Assembly: GCA_035533875.1 (NCBI GenBank)
Contig: DATLSZ010000002.1
Span: 9,622-73,621 of the forward strand
DNA from: Candidatus Acidiferrales bacterium
GTDB lineage: Bacteria; Patescibacteriota; Microgenomatia; Levybacterales; UBA12049
Reading direction: 5' to 3'
Length of the DNA: 64,000 nt
In this document: piece after piece, positions 44,747 through 53,171 of the stretch
Position numbering within the stretch: the stretch's first letter is position 1
How the letters are laid out: each line of letters starts with the position of its first letter
Notes under the pieces: model-generated
Told to the model about the DNA's origin: nothing
What the model saw: the letters and a program-made list of their open reading frames with translations, nothing else
Database searches by the model: none
Translations under genes and position numbers: made by a program

Positions 44747-46276
44747 CTAATATAATTCTCCTCTCGGTCGATACTGTAATGCTTCGGCAATATGATTTGG
44801 CTGAATTGTATCTTCGTTGGCAAGGTCTGCAATGGTTCGGGAGAGTTTTATGATGCGATAATATGCTCTTCCTGAAAGTCCCATTGCCGATACTGCCTGA
44901 CGGAGAAGGTTAATGCACTCATCAGATAGTTCGCAGTAGATTTTGATTGTTTTATTCGTAAGTTCAGCATTGGAAGTTATGGATGTCCCTTGATACCGTT
45001 TGTTTTGTTTGTCACGAGCTTTTTGGACACGGGTGCGGACATCTTGTGAGTTTTCCACATGGTTTGTATCTTTCTCTGTAAGTTTTTCTACTTTTACTGC
45101 CGGCACATCAAGGTGAATATCAATCCGGTCAAGGAGAGGTCCGGAGACCTTTTTTCTGTAGCGTGATATTTGGGTTGCAGTACAGAGGCATTGGTGCGAA
45201 TTATCCCCAAGATATCCACATGGGCAGGGGTTCTGGCTAGCAATAAGCATACACTTGGCAGGGAAAGTTGTTTTCCCTTTAGCACGAGAAATCGAAACGA
45301 TGTTATCTTCAATCGGTTGACGAAGGCTCTCAAGAACACTCCGCGGGAATTCGGGAAATTCATCAAGGAAGAGAACTCCTCGATGTGCGAGAGTAATTTC
45401 TCCCGGTCGAGGATTGGTTCCGCCGCCAATGAGTCCGACCATTGAAATCGTATGATGCGGGCTGCGGAACGGACGATGATTCTTCACGGCGTCTTTCCCG
45501 AGCAGTCCTGCGATGCTATAAATTTTGGTAACCTCGATCATCTCGGCAAATGTTAACCGAGGTAGTATTGAAGCAAGTGTTCGTGCTAAGAGTGTTTTTC
45601 CTGCTCCGGGAGGTCCTTTGAGGAGCATGTTATGAGATCCAGCTGCGGCGATCTCAAGTGCTCTTTTTGCTTGTTGTTGACCTCTAATATCTTTTAAATC
45701 ATAGTCAAAGACGTAATTCATTGTTATATCTTCAAACATCACCGGTACGGTTTTTTCAATCGGCTGCTGATTGGTTAGGTGAAAGAATAATGATTTGAGT
45801 GAATCGACAGGATAAATAGATACTTTCTCAACTATTGCTGCTTCATTTGCGTTTTCGGCAGGAATAAAAACATTTTTTAGCTTTTTATCCCGCGCCATGA
45901 GAGTTTGAATGAGCGTACCGTTGACAGGGCGGACTCTCCCGTCAAGAGAGAGCTCCCCGCTGATGAGTGCATTGGAAAGATCAGCTTGAAGTTGCCCGGA
46001 GGCAAGAAGGATACCTACCGCAATCGGCAGATCATATGAAGGGCCTTCTTTAGGAAGATCCGCAGGAGCGAGGTTTACGGTAATCCGTCTTGCCGGAAAG
46101 TCAGCACCCGAGTTTCGAATCGCTGATCGGACACGCTCTTTTGCTTCCTCCACAGCTTTGTCGGGAAGTCCGACTATGGTAAAGGACGGTAATCCTTGAG
46201 ATGCGATATCAACTTCTACTTCAACGGGAATGGCATCAAGACCGACGACTGCGGCAGAGAAAACTTTGGACAGCAT
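44747..46276 (-). CDS. comM: YifB/ComM family Mg-chelatase-like AAA ATPase
   Basis: N-terminal Lon-like domain ([23 protein letters not shown]), Walker [15 protein letters not shown], Walker [13 protein letters not shown]-terminal ChlI-like region. Confidence 0.9.
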   Translation of the reverse strand: MLSKVFSAAVVGLDAIPVEVEVDIASQGLPSFTIVGLPDKAVEEAKERVRSAIRNSGADFPARRITVNLAPADLPKEGPSYDLPIAVGILLASGQLQADLSNALISGELSLDGRVRPVNGTLIQTLMARDKKLKNVFIPAENANEAAIVEKVSIYPVDSLKSLFFHLTNQQPIEKTVPVMFEDITMNYVFDYDLKDIRGQQQAKRALEIAAAGSHNMLLKGPPGAGKTLLARTLASILPRLTFAEMIEVTKIYSIAGLLGKDAVKNHRPFRSPHHTISMVGLIGGGTNPRPGEITLAHRGVLFLDEFPEFPRSVLESLRQPIEDNIVSISRAKGKTTFPAKCMLIASQNPCPCGYLGDNSHQCLCTATQISRYRKKVSGPLLDRIDIHLDVPAVKVEKLTEKDTNHVENSQDVRTRVQKARDKQNKRYQGTSITSNAELTNKTIKIYCELSDECINLLRQAVSAMGLSGRAYYRIIKLSRTIADLANEDTIQPNHIAEALQYRPRGELY

Positions 46277-46304
46277 GTTTTTATCATACTGGATTAGGCT
46301 AGAC

Positions 46305-46334
46305 TTGACAAATGTTGGAAAATAGTATTATGCT
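46305..46334 (+). promoter_or_regulatory. orphan promoter-like element TTGACA-18-TATGCT with no annotated gene downstream
   Basis: TTGACA at 46305-46310 and TATGCT at 46329-46334. An alternative TATTAT lies at 46326-46331. It points away from comM toward the AT-rich tract. Confidence 0.4.
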
Positions 46335-46495
46335 ATAGGAGTTGGCCTGATGCATCGGGTTAACAACTATAAAAAAAGTCATTCTAGATACATTTTTTTT
46401 ATAGATATAAAAAATATATATTTGCATAAAATATATATTTAAGAAGAAATAAAATGATAAATATTACAAAATGTTTATTATTTTATAATTCAAAC

Positions 46496-46526
46496 AAAAA
46501 GATCTGCCTAAAAAACAGATCTTTTT
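46496..46526. terminator. perfect 11-bp hairpin with A5/T5 arms (bidirectional intrinsic terminator shape)
   Basis: AAAAAGATCTG (46496-46506), loop CCTAAAAAA, CAGATCTTTTT (46516-46526). Confidence 0.6.
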
Positions 46527-46588
46527 GTATTTTAGTCGTCTTCACTTCTCCTTGCCTTGCTGATGCCGGAAGTATACAATAAGCGCGT

Positions 46589-48355
46589 ATGGACCAAGTC
46601 TCCCAGATCCGCGAGAAGATTGATATCGTCTCATTCATCTCCGAGTTTATTCAATTGAAAAAAGCCGGGCGCAATTTCAAAGCAAATTGTCCCTTTCATG
46701 GAGAGAAAACACCATCATTTGTTGTTTCACCAGAACGCCAGATATGGCATTGTTTCGGCTGCGGAAAAGGCGGAGATATTTATACGTTCCTCATGGAATA
46801 TGAACGGCTGGAATTTCCGGAAGCGTTACGGACGCTTGCCAAGCGGGCTGGAGTCGAGTTGCAGACTCAAGAAAGAGATAGTGGGTTGGCGACACAGAAA
46901 GAACGATTATATCAGATTAACAGTTTAACAAAAGAATATTATCATTATGTGCTTACTAAACATCCCGCCGGCAAACGAGCGCTTGCATATCTAAAAAACC
47001 GTGGAGTCAGTGAAAAAATTATCGATACGTTTATGCTCGGATTTGCCCCGACACGAAATGCGTTGACAAAATACCTTCTGAACAAAAAAAAGTTCGTCAG
47101 AGAGGATCTGGTGGCCGCTGGAGTGGTATTCCAAAGGGGATATGATGTTGTTGACTTTTTCCGGGGACGGCTTATGTTCCCGCTGATTGATCACCGAGAT
47201 AATGTCGTCGGATTTGCCGGAAGAATTTTGGATAAAGATGAAACAACATCCAAATATATTAATACCCGAGAGACACTCATCTATCATAAAGGTGAACAGT
47301 TCTATGGGTTGAATGTTACCAAAGATGCCATCAGACGGACCAATCAAGCGATCATTGTTGAGGGAGAGTTTGATGTTATTTCTTGTTTTGAAAATGGCAT
47401 TGCCAATGTCGTTGCCGTGAAAGGAACTGCACTGACGGAGAGTCAGGTAAATTTACTTGGTCGGTTTGCACAGAAGATTACGTTTTGTTTTGACGGTGAT
47501 AAAGCAGGGCAAGAGGCAATTAAAAGAAGTCTTGCTGTCGTTGAAAAGAAAGGCTTAACGCCAACAGTTATTGAGATACCGGGAGGCAAAGATCCTGATG
47601 AAGCATTGCAGAAAGAACCTGGGCTTTTCAAGAAGGCAGCTCATGAGGATGTAAACATCTATGATTATTTGTTTGAAAAAACACTTGCATCGGTTGCAAT
47701 TGAAACCGTTGACGGAAAAAAACAATTTGCCGACCTGCTTCTGCCGGTAATCGCGACGGTAAAAAATGAAATTATTAAAGAGCATTATATTAAAAAGATT
47801 AGTTCTGAGCTGGACACATCCTATGAGAGTATTGTGCGGGAATTAGAAAAGATACAACAGCCTCGCGTCACGAAGCAGCAGGAAGTGCAGGAAAAGCAAA
47901 AGCGCAGTAAAGAAGAACTCCTTGAAGAGTATCTTCTTGCATTGATTGTGCAAAATGAAGCACCCAAGAAAGCTTTGGAGCATGCTATGAATGTCCTCAC
48001 CGAAGTGATGCCGAAAGAACGCGCGTATCATAAGATTATGGACCACTTACTTAGTCATTTTGCCAAACAGACTAACTTTGACAGTAATTCCTTTGGTGAA
48101 GGGTTACCCAAAGAGCTCGTGCCGACATATGATACGTGTTTTCTTGTTGCTCTGCCGCATTTTATCGATGAGGAACATGTTCTTGAGGAAGTTAGGAAAA
48201 CGGCCATGCAGTTGAGACGCGTGTATATCCAAAAGAAATTAAAAGCACTTGCAGTTGAGATAAAACAAAAAGAACAGGAAGGGCTTGAAGATGATGCTGC
48301 AGCGCTACGAAGAACATATTCCACTTTTGCAACTCGCATAGAATCGGAAGGCTAA
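46589..48355 (+). CDS. dnaG: DNA primase
   Basis: Zn-ribbon CPFHGEKTPSFVVSPERQIWHCFGCGKGGD and TOPRIM IIVEGEFDVIS...FDGDKAGQEA. TACAAT plus an 8-nt gap precedes the ATG. Confidence 0.93.
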   Translation: MDQVSQIREKIDIVSFISEFIQLKKAGRNFKANCPFHGEKTPSFVVSPERQIWHCFGCGKGGDIYTFLMEYERLEFPEALRTLAKRAGVELQTQERDSGLATQKERLYQINSLTKEYYHYVLTKHPAGKRALAYLKNRGVSEKIIDTFMLGFAPTRNALTKYLLNKKKFVREDLVAAGVVFQRGYDVVDFFRGRLMFPLIDHRDNVVGFAGRILDKDETTSKYINTRETLIYHKGEQFYGLNVTKDAIRRTNQAIIVEGEFDVISCFENGIANVVAVKGTALTESQVNLLGRFAQKITFCFDGDKAGQEAIKRSLAVVEKKGLTPTVIEIPGGKDPDEALQKEPGLFKKAAHEDVNIYDYLFEKTLASVAIETVDGKKQFADLLLPVIATVKNEIIKEHYIKKISSELDTSYESIVRELEKIQQPRVTKQQEVQEKQKRSKEELLEEYLLALIVQNEAPKKALEHAMNVLTEVMPKERAYHKIMDHLLSHFAKQTNFDSNSFGEGLPKELVPTYDTCFLVALPHFIDEEHVLEEVRKTAMQLRRVYIQKKLKALAVEIKQKEQEGLEDDAAALRRTYSTFATRIESEG

Positions 48356-48366
48356 CCTTTGCAGAG

Positions 48367-48395
48367 TTTGCATAGCCTGCAAAATATGATACAAT
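48367..48395 (+). promoter_or_regulatory. promoter TTTGCA-17-TACAAT, 6 nt before the rpoD ATG (leaderless layout)
   Basis: TTTGCA at 48367-48372 and TACAAT at 48390-48395. The gap is AGTTCC. ATG at 48402. Confidence 0.6.
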
Positions 48396-48401
48396 AGTTC
48401 C

Positions 48402-49484
48402 ATGTCCCAGAAATTATCCCCTTTATTAACCGATGTCGTGACATCGGCAAAAAAACGTGGCTATATTACCCAGGATGAAATTCTTGGTATTTACTCCAAA
48501 CCTGAAGATCACATTGAGGAACTCGACGGGTTATATGACAAATTAATGCGTTCCAGCATCGACGTCTTCGAATCGGTTGCTCAGCAACAGGAAGACCAGA
48601 AGCCGATTGAGGATCTTGAAAAAGAATTGGAAGCACTGACTGTGCTTACCGAAGGATCTGTCTCGGATCCTGTCAGGATGTATCTCAAAGAAATCGGGCG
48701 TATTCCGCTCCTTACCTTTGACGAGGAAATTGATTTGGCAAAAAAAGTTGAAAAGAGCGATATGCGTGCCAAGCAAAAGCTGATTAACTCCAATTTGCGT
48801 TTGGTAGTTTCGATTGCAAAGAAGTATATCGGGCGCGGTTTGTCTCTGCTTGATCTGATCCAGGAAGGCAATCAAGGACTGATCCGTGCTGTTGAGAAAT
48901 ATGATTGGCGCCGGGGATACAAGTTCTCAACCTATGCGACCTGGTGGATTCGTCAGTCAGTGACCCGTGCGATTGCCGACCAAGCAAGGACGATCCGTAT
49001 TCCGGTACACATGGTTGAAAATATCAACAGATTCCTCCGCTCACAGCGACGTCTTATGCAGGAACTCGGTCGTGAACCAACTCCTGAGGAAGTTGCCACT
49101 GTCCTGGGCATCGAGCCTGATAAAGCACTTGAAATCATTAAGATTTCCCAGAATCCGGCAAGTCTTGAAGCACCTGTCGGTGATGAAGAAGACAGCCGGC
49201 TGGGGGACTTTATCCATGATGTGTCTGCACCGACGCTATTTGATTCCGCATCAAGAGAATTACTGAAAGAACAAGTTGACCAAGTACTCGGTACATTATC
49301 TGACCGTGAACGGCGTGTCCTGAAAGAGCGTTTCGGTCTTGATGACGGCCGTCCAAAGACACTTGAAGAAGTGGGACGGATGTTCCAGGTAACCCGTGAG
49401 CGTATCCGCCAAATTGAAGCAAAAGCGCTTCGCAAACTCCGCCACCCGTCACGCGGAAACAAGCTTCGGGATTACCTCGTTTAA
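48402..49484 (+). CDS. rpoD: RNA polymerase sigma-70 factor RpoD (short, no long region 1.1)
   Basis: Region 2 ([36 protein letters not shown]), region 3, and region 4 ([28 protein letters not shown]). Confidence 0.96.
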   Translation: MSQKLSPLLTDVVTSAKKRGYITQDEILGIYSKPEDHIEELDGLYDKLMRSSIDVFESVAQQQEDQKPIEDLEKELEALTVLTEGSVSDPVRMYLKEIGRIPLLTFDEEIDLAKKVEKSDMRAKQKLINSNLRLVVSIAKKYIGRGLSLLDLIQEGNQGLIRAVEKYDWRRGYKFSTYATWWIRQSVTRAIADQARTIRIPVHMVENINRFLRSQRRLMQELGREPTPEEVATVLGIEPDKALEIIKISQNPASLEAPVGDEEDSRLGDFIHDVSAPTLFDSASRELLKEQVDQVLGTLSDRERRVLKERFGLDDGRPKTLEEVGRMFQVTRERIRQIEAKALRKLRHPSRGNKLRDYLV

Positions 49485-49533
49485 AAAGGCTTTTCGGTAA
49501 TAAATCGTTTAATCTTCGGGAATTATTTTCTTT

Positions 49534-50784
49534 TTAAAATGTTCCTTTGGGGCTGCCGAGGCCGGTAGGTCCGTCGTATCCTTTACTCGCCTTACAAAGA
49601 TATGACGGCGAGCAGATACCATTACTCCCTTTTGTTATATCATGAAAATGAGTTGCTGAAAGCCCATAAAGAAAAGACCCTGCTTGTTGATTACTTGTTA
49701 ACTGATCACCAGTTGCAAACATTCCCGCAATCAACGGTGAAGCTAGGCTTGTCCCGCCGATTTTAAACCAACCTTTCTGTCCCTGGTATTGCACGCTATC
49801 ATAAACAGCCGCACCTGACGTCGGATCGGCATCAGCGGCAATATCGGCAACAGTCCGTTTGTTGCAGCCGATGTCATGTTGCCACGTTGGTTTGAATTCA
49901 AAATCACTGCATCCGCTTCCGCCATCTGACCAGGCTGATTCAGAAGAGTAGGTACCCGTTTTTGTCAAGTTCAATTTTGTTCCACCCACTGCCACGACAT
50001 ATCGAGACGCTGCTGGGTAACTCACCCCATACCCGCTGTCACCGGAGCTTGCAAAGATACCAATTCCTGGCTTATTAAAATGTGTGTCATATGTTTTTTC
50101 ACCGGAAGATTCACCCCCACCATAAGAATTGGAAATTATTGTCCCGCCAAGTTTTATTGCGATATCAACCGCTTTTAATAAATTTGCATTACTTGCCGAT
50201 GTTGCTTCGACAAGTAAAATGCTACAGTTATCACACATAGCATGGACTGCTTCTACATCAAGGGATATCTCAAGCGCCCATCCGGCGTCTGTTTTGGGAT
50301 ATTTTGTCGTACCGGTTTGACTTACTTTTTTAAAACACGGAACGCTTGATTTTGCAATTGTTCCTGCACAGCTTGCCAATTGCGGTAGATTAAACGTTGT
50401 GCTGTATCTTTGTAGATCGGATAGCATATTTGGTTGGTTATAAGCATCAACAATTGCTACAATAGGAGATTTGGACGCTTCACCACTGACGCCATATGCT
50501 TTACGGAATTCCGCTGGTCCAAACCCTGCAGGTTTACCTGTGGTAAATGGAGTTGCTGTTTCATCAACTATGGCCTCTCCAAAACAACGAGCGATGAGTG
50601 GGCTGTTTGTTTGTGGACAGAGATCAACATAACGGGTGTGTTTATTAGCCTGTAAAGCGATTGCTGGATCAATAGTTGGAATTTGCTGCAAAAGTCCTTC
50701 CGGGGATATTGTTTGCGCTTGTATTGTTTGCGCAGTACAAAATAATAAAAAGAAGAGAACAAAGAAGAAAGAAATGTATTTCAT
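49534..50784 (-). CDS. secreted serine peptidase, sedolisin/kumamolisin-like (S53; S8/S53 clan)
   Basis: Signal peptide, pro-domain-like N-terminus, EISLDVEAVHAM (Glu/Asp region) and the catalytic Ser motif IGGTSLASPLIAG. Confidence 0.7.
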   Translation of the reverse strand: MKYISFFFVLFFLLFCTAQTIQAQTISPEGLLQQIPTIDPAIALQANKHTRYVDLCPQTNSPLIARCFGEAIVDETATPFTTGKPAGFGPAEFRKAYGVSGEASKSPIVAIVDAYNQPNMLSDLQRYSTTFNLPQLASCAGTIAKSSVPCFKKVSQTGTTKYPKTDAGWALEISLDVEAVHAMCDNCSILLVEATSASNANLLKAVDIAIKLGGTIISNSYGGGESSGEKTYDTHFNKPGIGIFASSGDSGYGVSYPAASRYVVAVGGTKLNLTKTGTYSSESAWSDGGSGCSDFEFKPTWQHDIGCNKRTVADIAADADPTSGAAVYDSVQYQGQKGWFKIGGTSLASPLIAGMFATGDQLTSNQQAGSFLYGLSATHFHDITKGSNGICSPSYLCKASKGYDGPTGLGSPKGTF

Positions 50785-50898
50785 AATTCAAGCTCAACAA
50801 TAAAATGGTAACAGATGAGCTATAAACTCGTCAATAAGCAAAAAAAGAAAGGCTAGATTTCTACTGGGGTTAATGATAAAATACCTTTTACCGTATAT

Positions 50899-50970
50899 TC
50901 CGCGATAGCTCAGCGGTAGAGCAGGAAGCTGTTAACTTCAAGGTCCTAGGTTCGAATCCTAGTCGCGGAG
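50899..50970 (+). tRNA. tRNA-Asn (anticodon GTT), CCA not encoded
   Basis: Acceptor TCCGCGA/TCGCGGA. D arm GCTC..GAGC. Anticodon loop CTGTTAA. T arm CTAGG-TTCGAAT-CCTAG. Discriminator G. One G-A mismatch at the top of the anticodon stem. Confidence 0.85.
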
Positions 50971-51088
50971 CTGCAAAAAGAAGTCGAACATGTCTCGGCT
51001 TTTTTTGTGGCTTCTCTTGAATAGATTTGCCCGAATCTCGAAGCGAATGAATGAGCGAAGATACCCTTTGGGTACTAGTCGCGGAGCA
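50967..51088 (+). repeat. 122-nt direct repeat, copy 1. It starts inside the tRNA-Asn 3' end, contains a terminator hairpin, and ends with a second copy of the tRNA 3' 13-mer.
   Basis: 121 of 122 nt identical to 52450..52571. CTAGTCGCGGAGC occurs at 50959-50971 (tRNA), 51075-51087 and 52558-52570. Confidence 0.9.
50981..51006 (+). terminator. intrinsic terminator downstream of tRNA-Asn
   Basis: AAGTCGA-ACATGTC-TCGGCTT stem-loop (one G-U pair) followed by a T7 run. Duplicated at 52464..52489. Confidence 0.5.
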
Positions 51089-51239
51089 AATTATTTTTCG
51101 TTAGAACCACAAATTAGCTTATTAATATAGGCTAATCTTCATAGATTTTTAGACAGTTTTATTTGGCATATGCCAAGTGTACGATGTAGAGAACTAGCCT
51201 GAAAACTTCTAGAAATGTATACTACCTGGTGCTAGTTAG

Positions 51240-51578
51240 TTAATTTTTTAATATTTTTTTATGCCGTAGTCTATGAATAAGAAATGTCAAAAAGCAGGTA
51301 CAAAGATAAAAGGCAATAAAGCTCATTAGGACGAAAGCAAAATTAATATAGATGACCTCGATAGGTGTCGTTACCTGATTGAGATTACATAATGGATGTG
51401 ATAGTTCTCCGGGTGAATATGACATATTACAGGGATATGTTGAATTTGAATATACATGCAATACTTTAGTTAACAGTTGGCTTCCTCCAAGCAAGACATA
51501 ATAGCTATACCAGCAAAAAATAATGGTCAAGATAATTGAAAAAAACAGTCTGGTAAATGTAGGTTTTAAAAACTTCAT
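51240..51578 (-). CDS. hypothetical membrane protein (112 aa, 3 TM)
   Basis: ORF with hydrophobic segments (FFSIILTIIFCWYSYYVLLGG, FAFVLMSFIAFYLCTCFLTFLI). No known motif. Confidence 0.5.
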   Translation of the reverse strand: MKFLKPTFTRLFFSIILTIIFCWYSYYVLLGGSQLLTKVLHVYSNSTYPCNMSYSPGELSHPLCNLNQVTTPIEVIYINFAFVLMSFIAFYLCTCFLTFLIHRLRHKKILKN

Positions 51579-51662
51579 TATATTTCAACTATGAAGCAAT
51601 AAAGGAGAGGAAGTCAAGGAATGGTATAAGGATTTATTGGTAGGGCATTAAACACGAGCATA

Positions 51663-51694
51663 AAAAGTTCCCCACATAGTCAATCAGAGGGAGC
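51663..51694 (+). repeat. 32-nt motif M, copy A (AAAAGTTCCCCACATAGTCAATCAGAGGGAGC)
   Basis: Near-identical copies at 52423..52454 and 55648..55679, all in the same orientation. Confidence 0.85.
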
Positions 51695-51698
51695 ATTT

Positions 51699-51782
51699 GA
51701 TTTTAGCCTCAAATGGCATTTTTTGGTAGCCTCAAATTAAAAATAACCTCACTAGGATTCGAACTTTTGATATACTCATGTA
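51699..51782 (+). repeat. ~85-nt leader/promoter module L, copy 1, upstream of HAD gene 1
   Basis: By-eye alignment to 54895..54977 gives ~75% identity. Both copies contain TTTTAGCC-CAAA, GTAGCCTCAA and TAGGATTCGAAC, then a -10 box 6 nt before the ATG. Confidence 0.75.
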
Positions 51783-52412
51783 ATGAAAAGGATAATCCTC
51801 TTTGATTTTGATGGCACAATTGCTGACACGGTAGATACTGCTGCAGATATTTTAAATGATCTTTCTACGAAATATGGGTACGCAAAGGTAACTAATGAGG
51901 AAAATAAAGCAATGCGTGATGTAACTATCCATGAGATGTTTAAAATGAAAAATGTTGCACTATATAAGTTACCGTTTATGATGATCGATGTTAAAAGAGA
52001 ACTAAATAAGCGTATCGTTTACCTTAAACCAATAAAAGGGATGTCAACTGTTATAAAAGAATTAAAAAAGAAAGATTATAAACTTGCAATCATCACATCA
52101 AATAGTAAAGAAAATGTAGAGCACTTTTTAGAGAACAATAATTTGATTTTTTTTGACCACATTTATACAGGAACAACGCTTTTCGGTAAAGCAAAAGTAA
52201 TTCAAGGATTTCTTAAAAAGAGTAATGTTCAGCTAGAAAAAGCAATTTATATTGGTGATGAGATACGAGATATTGAGGCAACCAAAAAAGTAGGTATACC
52301 AATAATTTCAGTCACATGGGGATTGAATTCAAGAAAAGGGCTACAACGATTTCAGCCAGAATTCCTTATAGATAAACCAAACGAAATACTATCAGTATTA
52401 GAAAAAATGTAA
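51783..52412 (+). CDS. HAD-superfamily hydrolase (phosphoglycolate phosphatase-like)
   Basis: Motif I ILFDFDGTIADT, motif II AIITSNS, motif III/IV KAKVI...YIGDEIRDIEA. Confidence 0.85.
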   Translation: MKRIILFDFDGTIADTVDTAADILNDLSTKYGYAKVTNEENKAMRDVTIHEMFKMKNVALYKLPFMMIDVKRELNKRIVYLKPIKGMSTVIKELKKKDYKLAIITSNSKENVEHFLENNNLIFFDHIYTGTTLFGKAKVIQGFLKKSNVQLEKAIYIGDEIRDIEATKKVGIPIISVTWGLNSRKGLQRFQPEFLIDKPNEILSVLEKM

Positions 52413-52422
52413 CAGCTCTTAA

Positions 52423-52454
52423 AAAAGTTTCCCACATAGTCAACCAGAGGGAGC
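52423..52454 (+). repeat. motif M, copy B, fused at its 3' GGAGC to copy 2 of the 122-nt repeat
   Basis: AAAAGTTTCCCACATAGTCAACCAGAGGGAGC, 11 nt after the HAD-1 stop codon. Confidence 0.85.
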
Positions 52455-52571
52455 TGCAAAAAGAAGTCGAGCATGTCTCGGCTTTTTTTGTGGCTTCTCT
52501 TGAATAGATTTGCCCGAATCTCGAAGCGAATGAATGAGCGAAGATACCCTTTGGGTACTAGTCGCGGAGCA
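52450..52571 (+). repeat. 122-nt direct repeat, copy 2
   Basis: One mismatch relative to 50967..51088 (TCGAGCA versus TCGAACA). Confidence 0.9.
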
Positions 52572-52673
52572 TCTCAACCTAGCCTCGAATTTTAGCCTGC
52601 TAAAATTTTGACTCTTTACGTGATAAGTATCACTGCAAAAGTTCTCTTATTGAATTATGCTTGGTATAAACAT

Positions 52674-53169
52674 ATGCAATATAAATTACTTAGGCAAAGT
52701 CATATACTTCTCGTAACACGCTTGGTGGGGCTAGACTTATTAATAACAGTTCTCTATCTCCTTTTTAGAATTCCTAGCACGTTACTTCATATGTTAAACG
52801 TCAGTAGCTCAGTTCTTTTTGGAGCAAGTATCTTTGGAATGGCTTATTTTATTCTTATAACCTTGGTTGAACTGACTCTGGGTACGTGGATTGTACTTTC
52901 TTGGGCAAATGAGGAATGGGAGATTAAAGAAGGAGTAATCTATCATCGAAGAGGGATACTCTCTCAAGCAGATTGGCTCAACGACATTAAATCAAGGCTT
53001 GCTAGGTAAATTATTCAATTATGGTACTATTAGAATCTTTAGCCCACTTTTGAAACAAGATTACTATTTGACTAATATTCATAATCCTAAGGAAATTATT
53101 AAAATTTTTGAAGACGAAGTGGCAGGTTCAGGACAGAAACATCCTTCCAATATCCTCTTTAAAAGATAG
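52674..53169 (+). pseudogene. frameshifted membrane-flanked bPH_2 (DUF304/YdbT-like) domain protein
   Basis: Frame 0 reads ...WEIKEGVIYHRRGILSQ and stops at 53009. Frame +1 continues the domain: LKQIGSTTLNQGLLGKLFNYGTIRIFSPLLKQDYYLTNIHNPKEIIKIFE, to TAG at 53167-53169. The junction is at CTCTCTC (52959-52965); restoring one CT unit gives GILSLKQIGS... Confidence 0.65.
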
Positions 53170-53171
53170 CA

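Noticed and set aside
48953-49462. 169-aa ORF, plus several 80-110-aa ORFs, antisense to or overlapping rpoD
   Set aside because: rpoD regions 2-4 are clearly encoded on the plus strand. The antisense products are Ser/Arg-rich, which is typical of shadow frames.
51751-51766. TAGGATTCGAAC (also at 54948-54959), which looks like a minus-strand tRNA T-arm
   Set aside because: The reverse complement lacks the 5' half of a T stem, an anticodon arm and an acceptor stem. These are fragments, not tRNA genes. They are discussed as part of leader module L.
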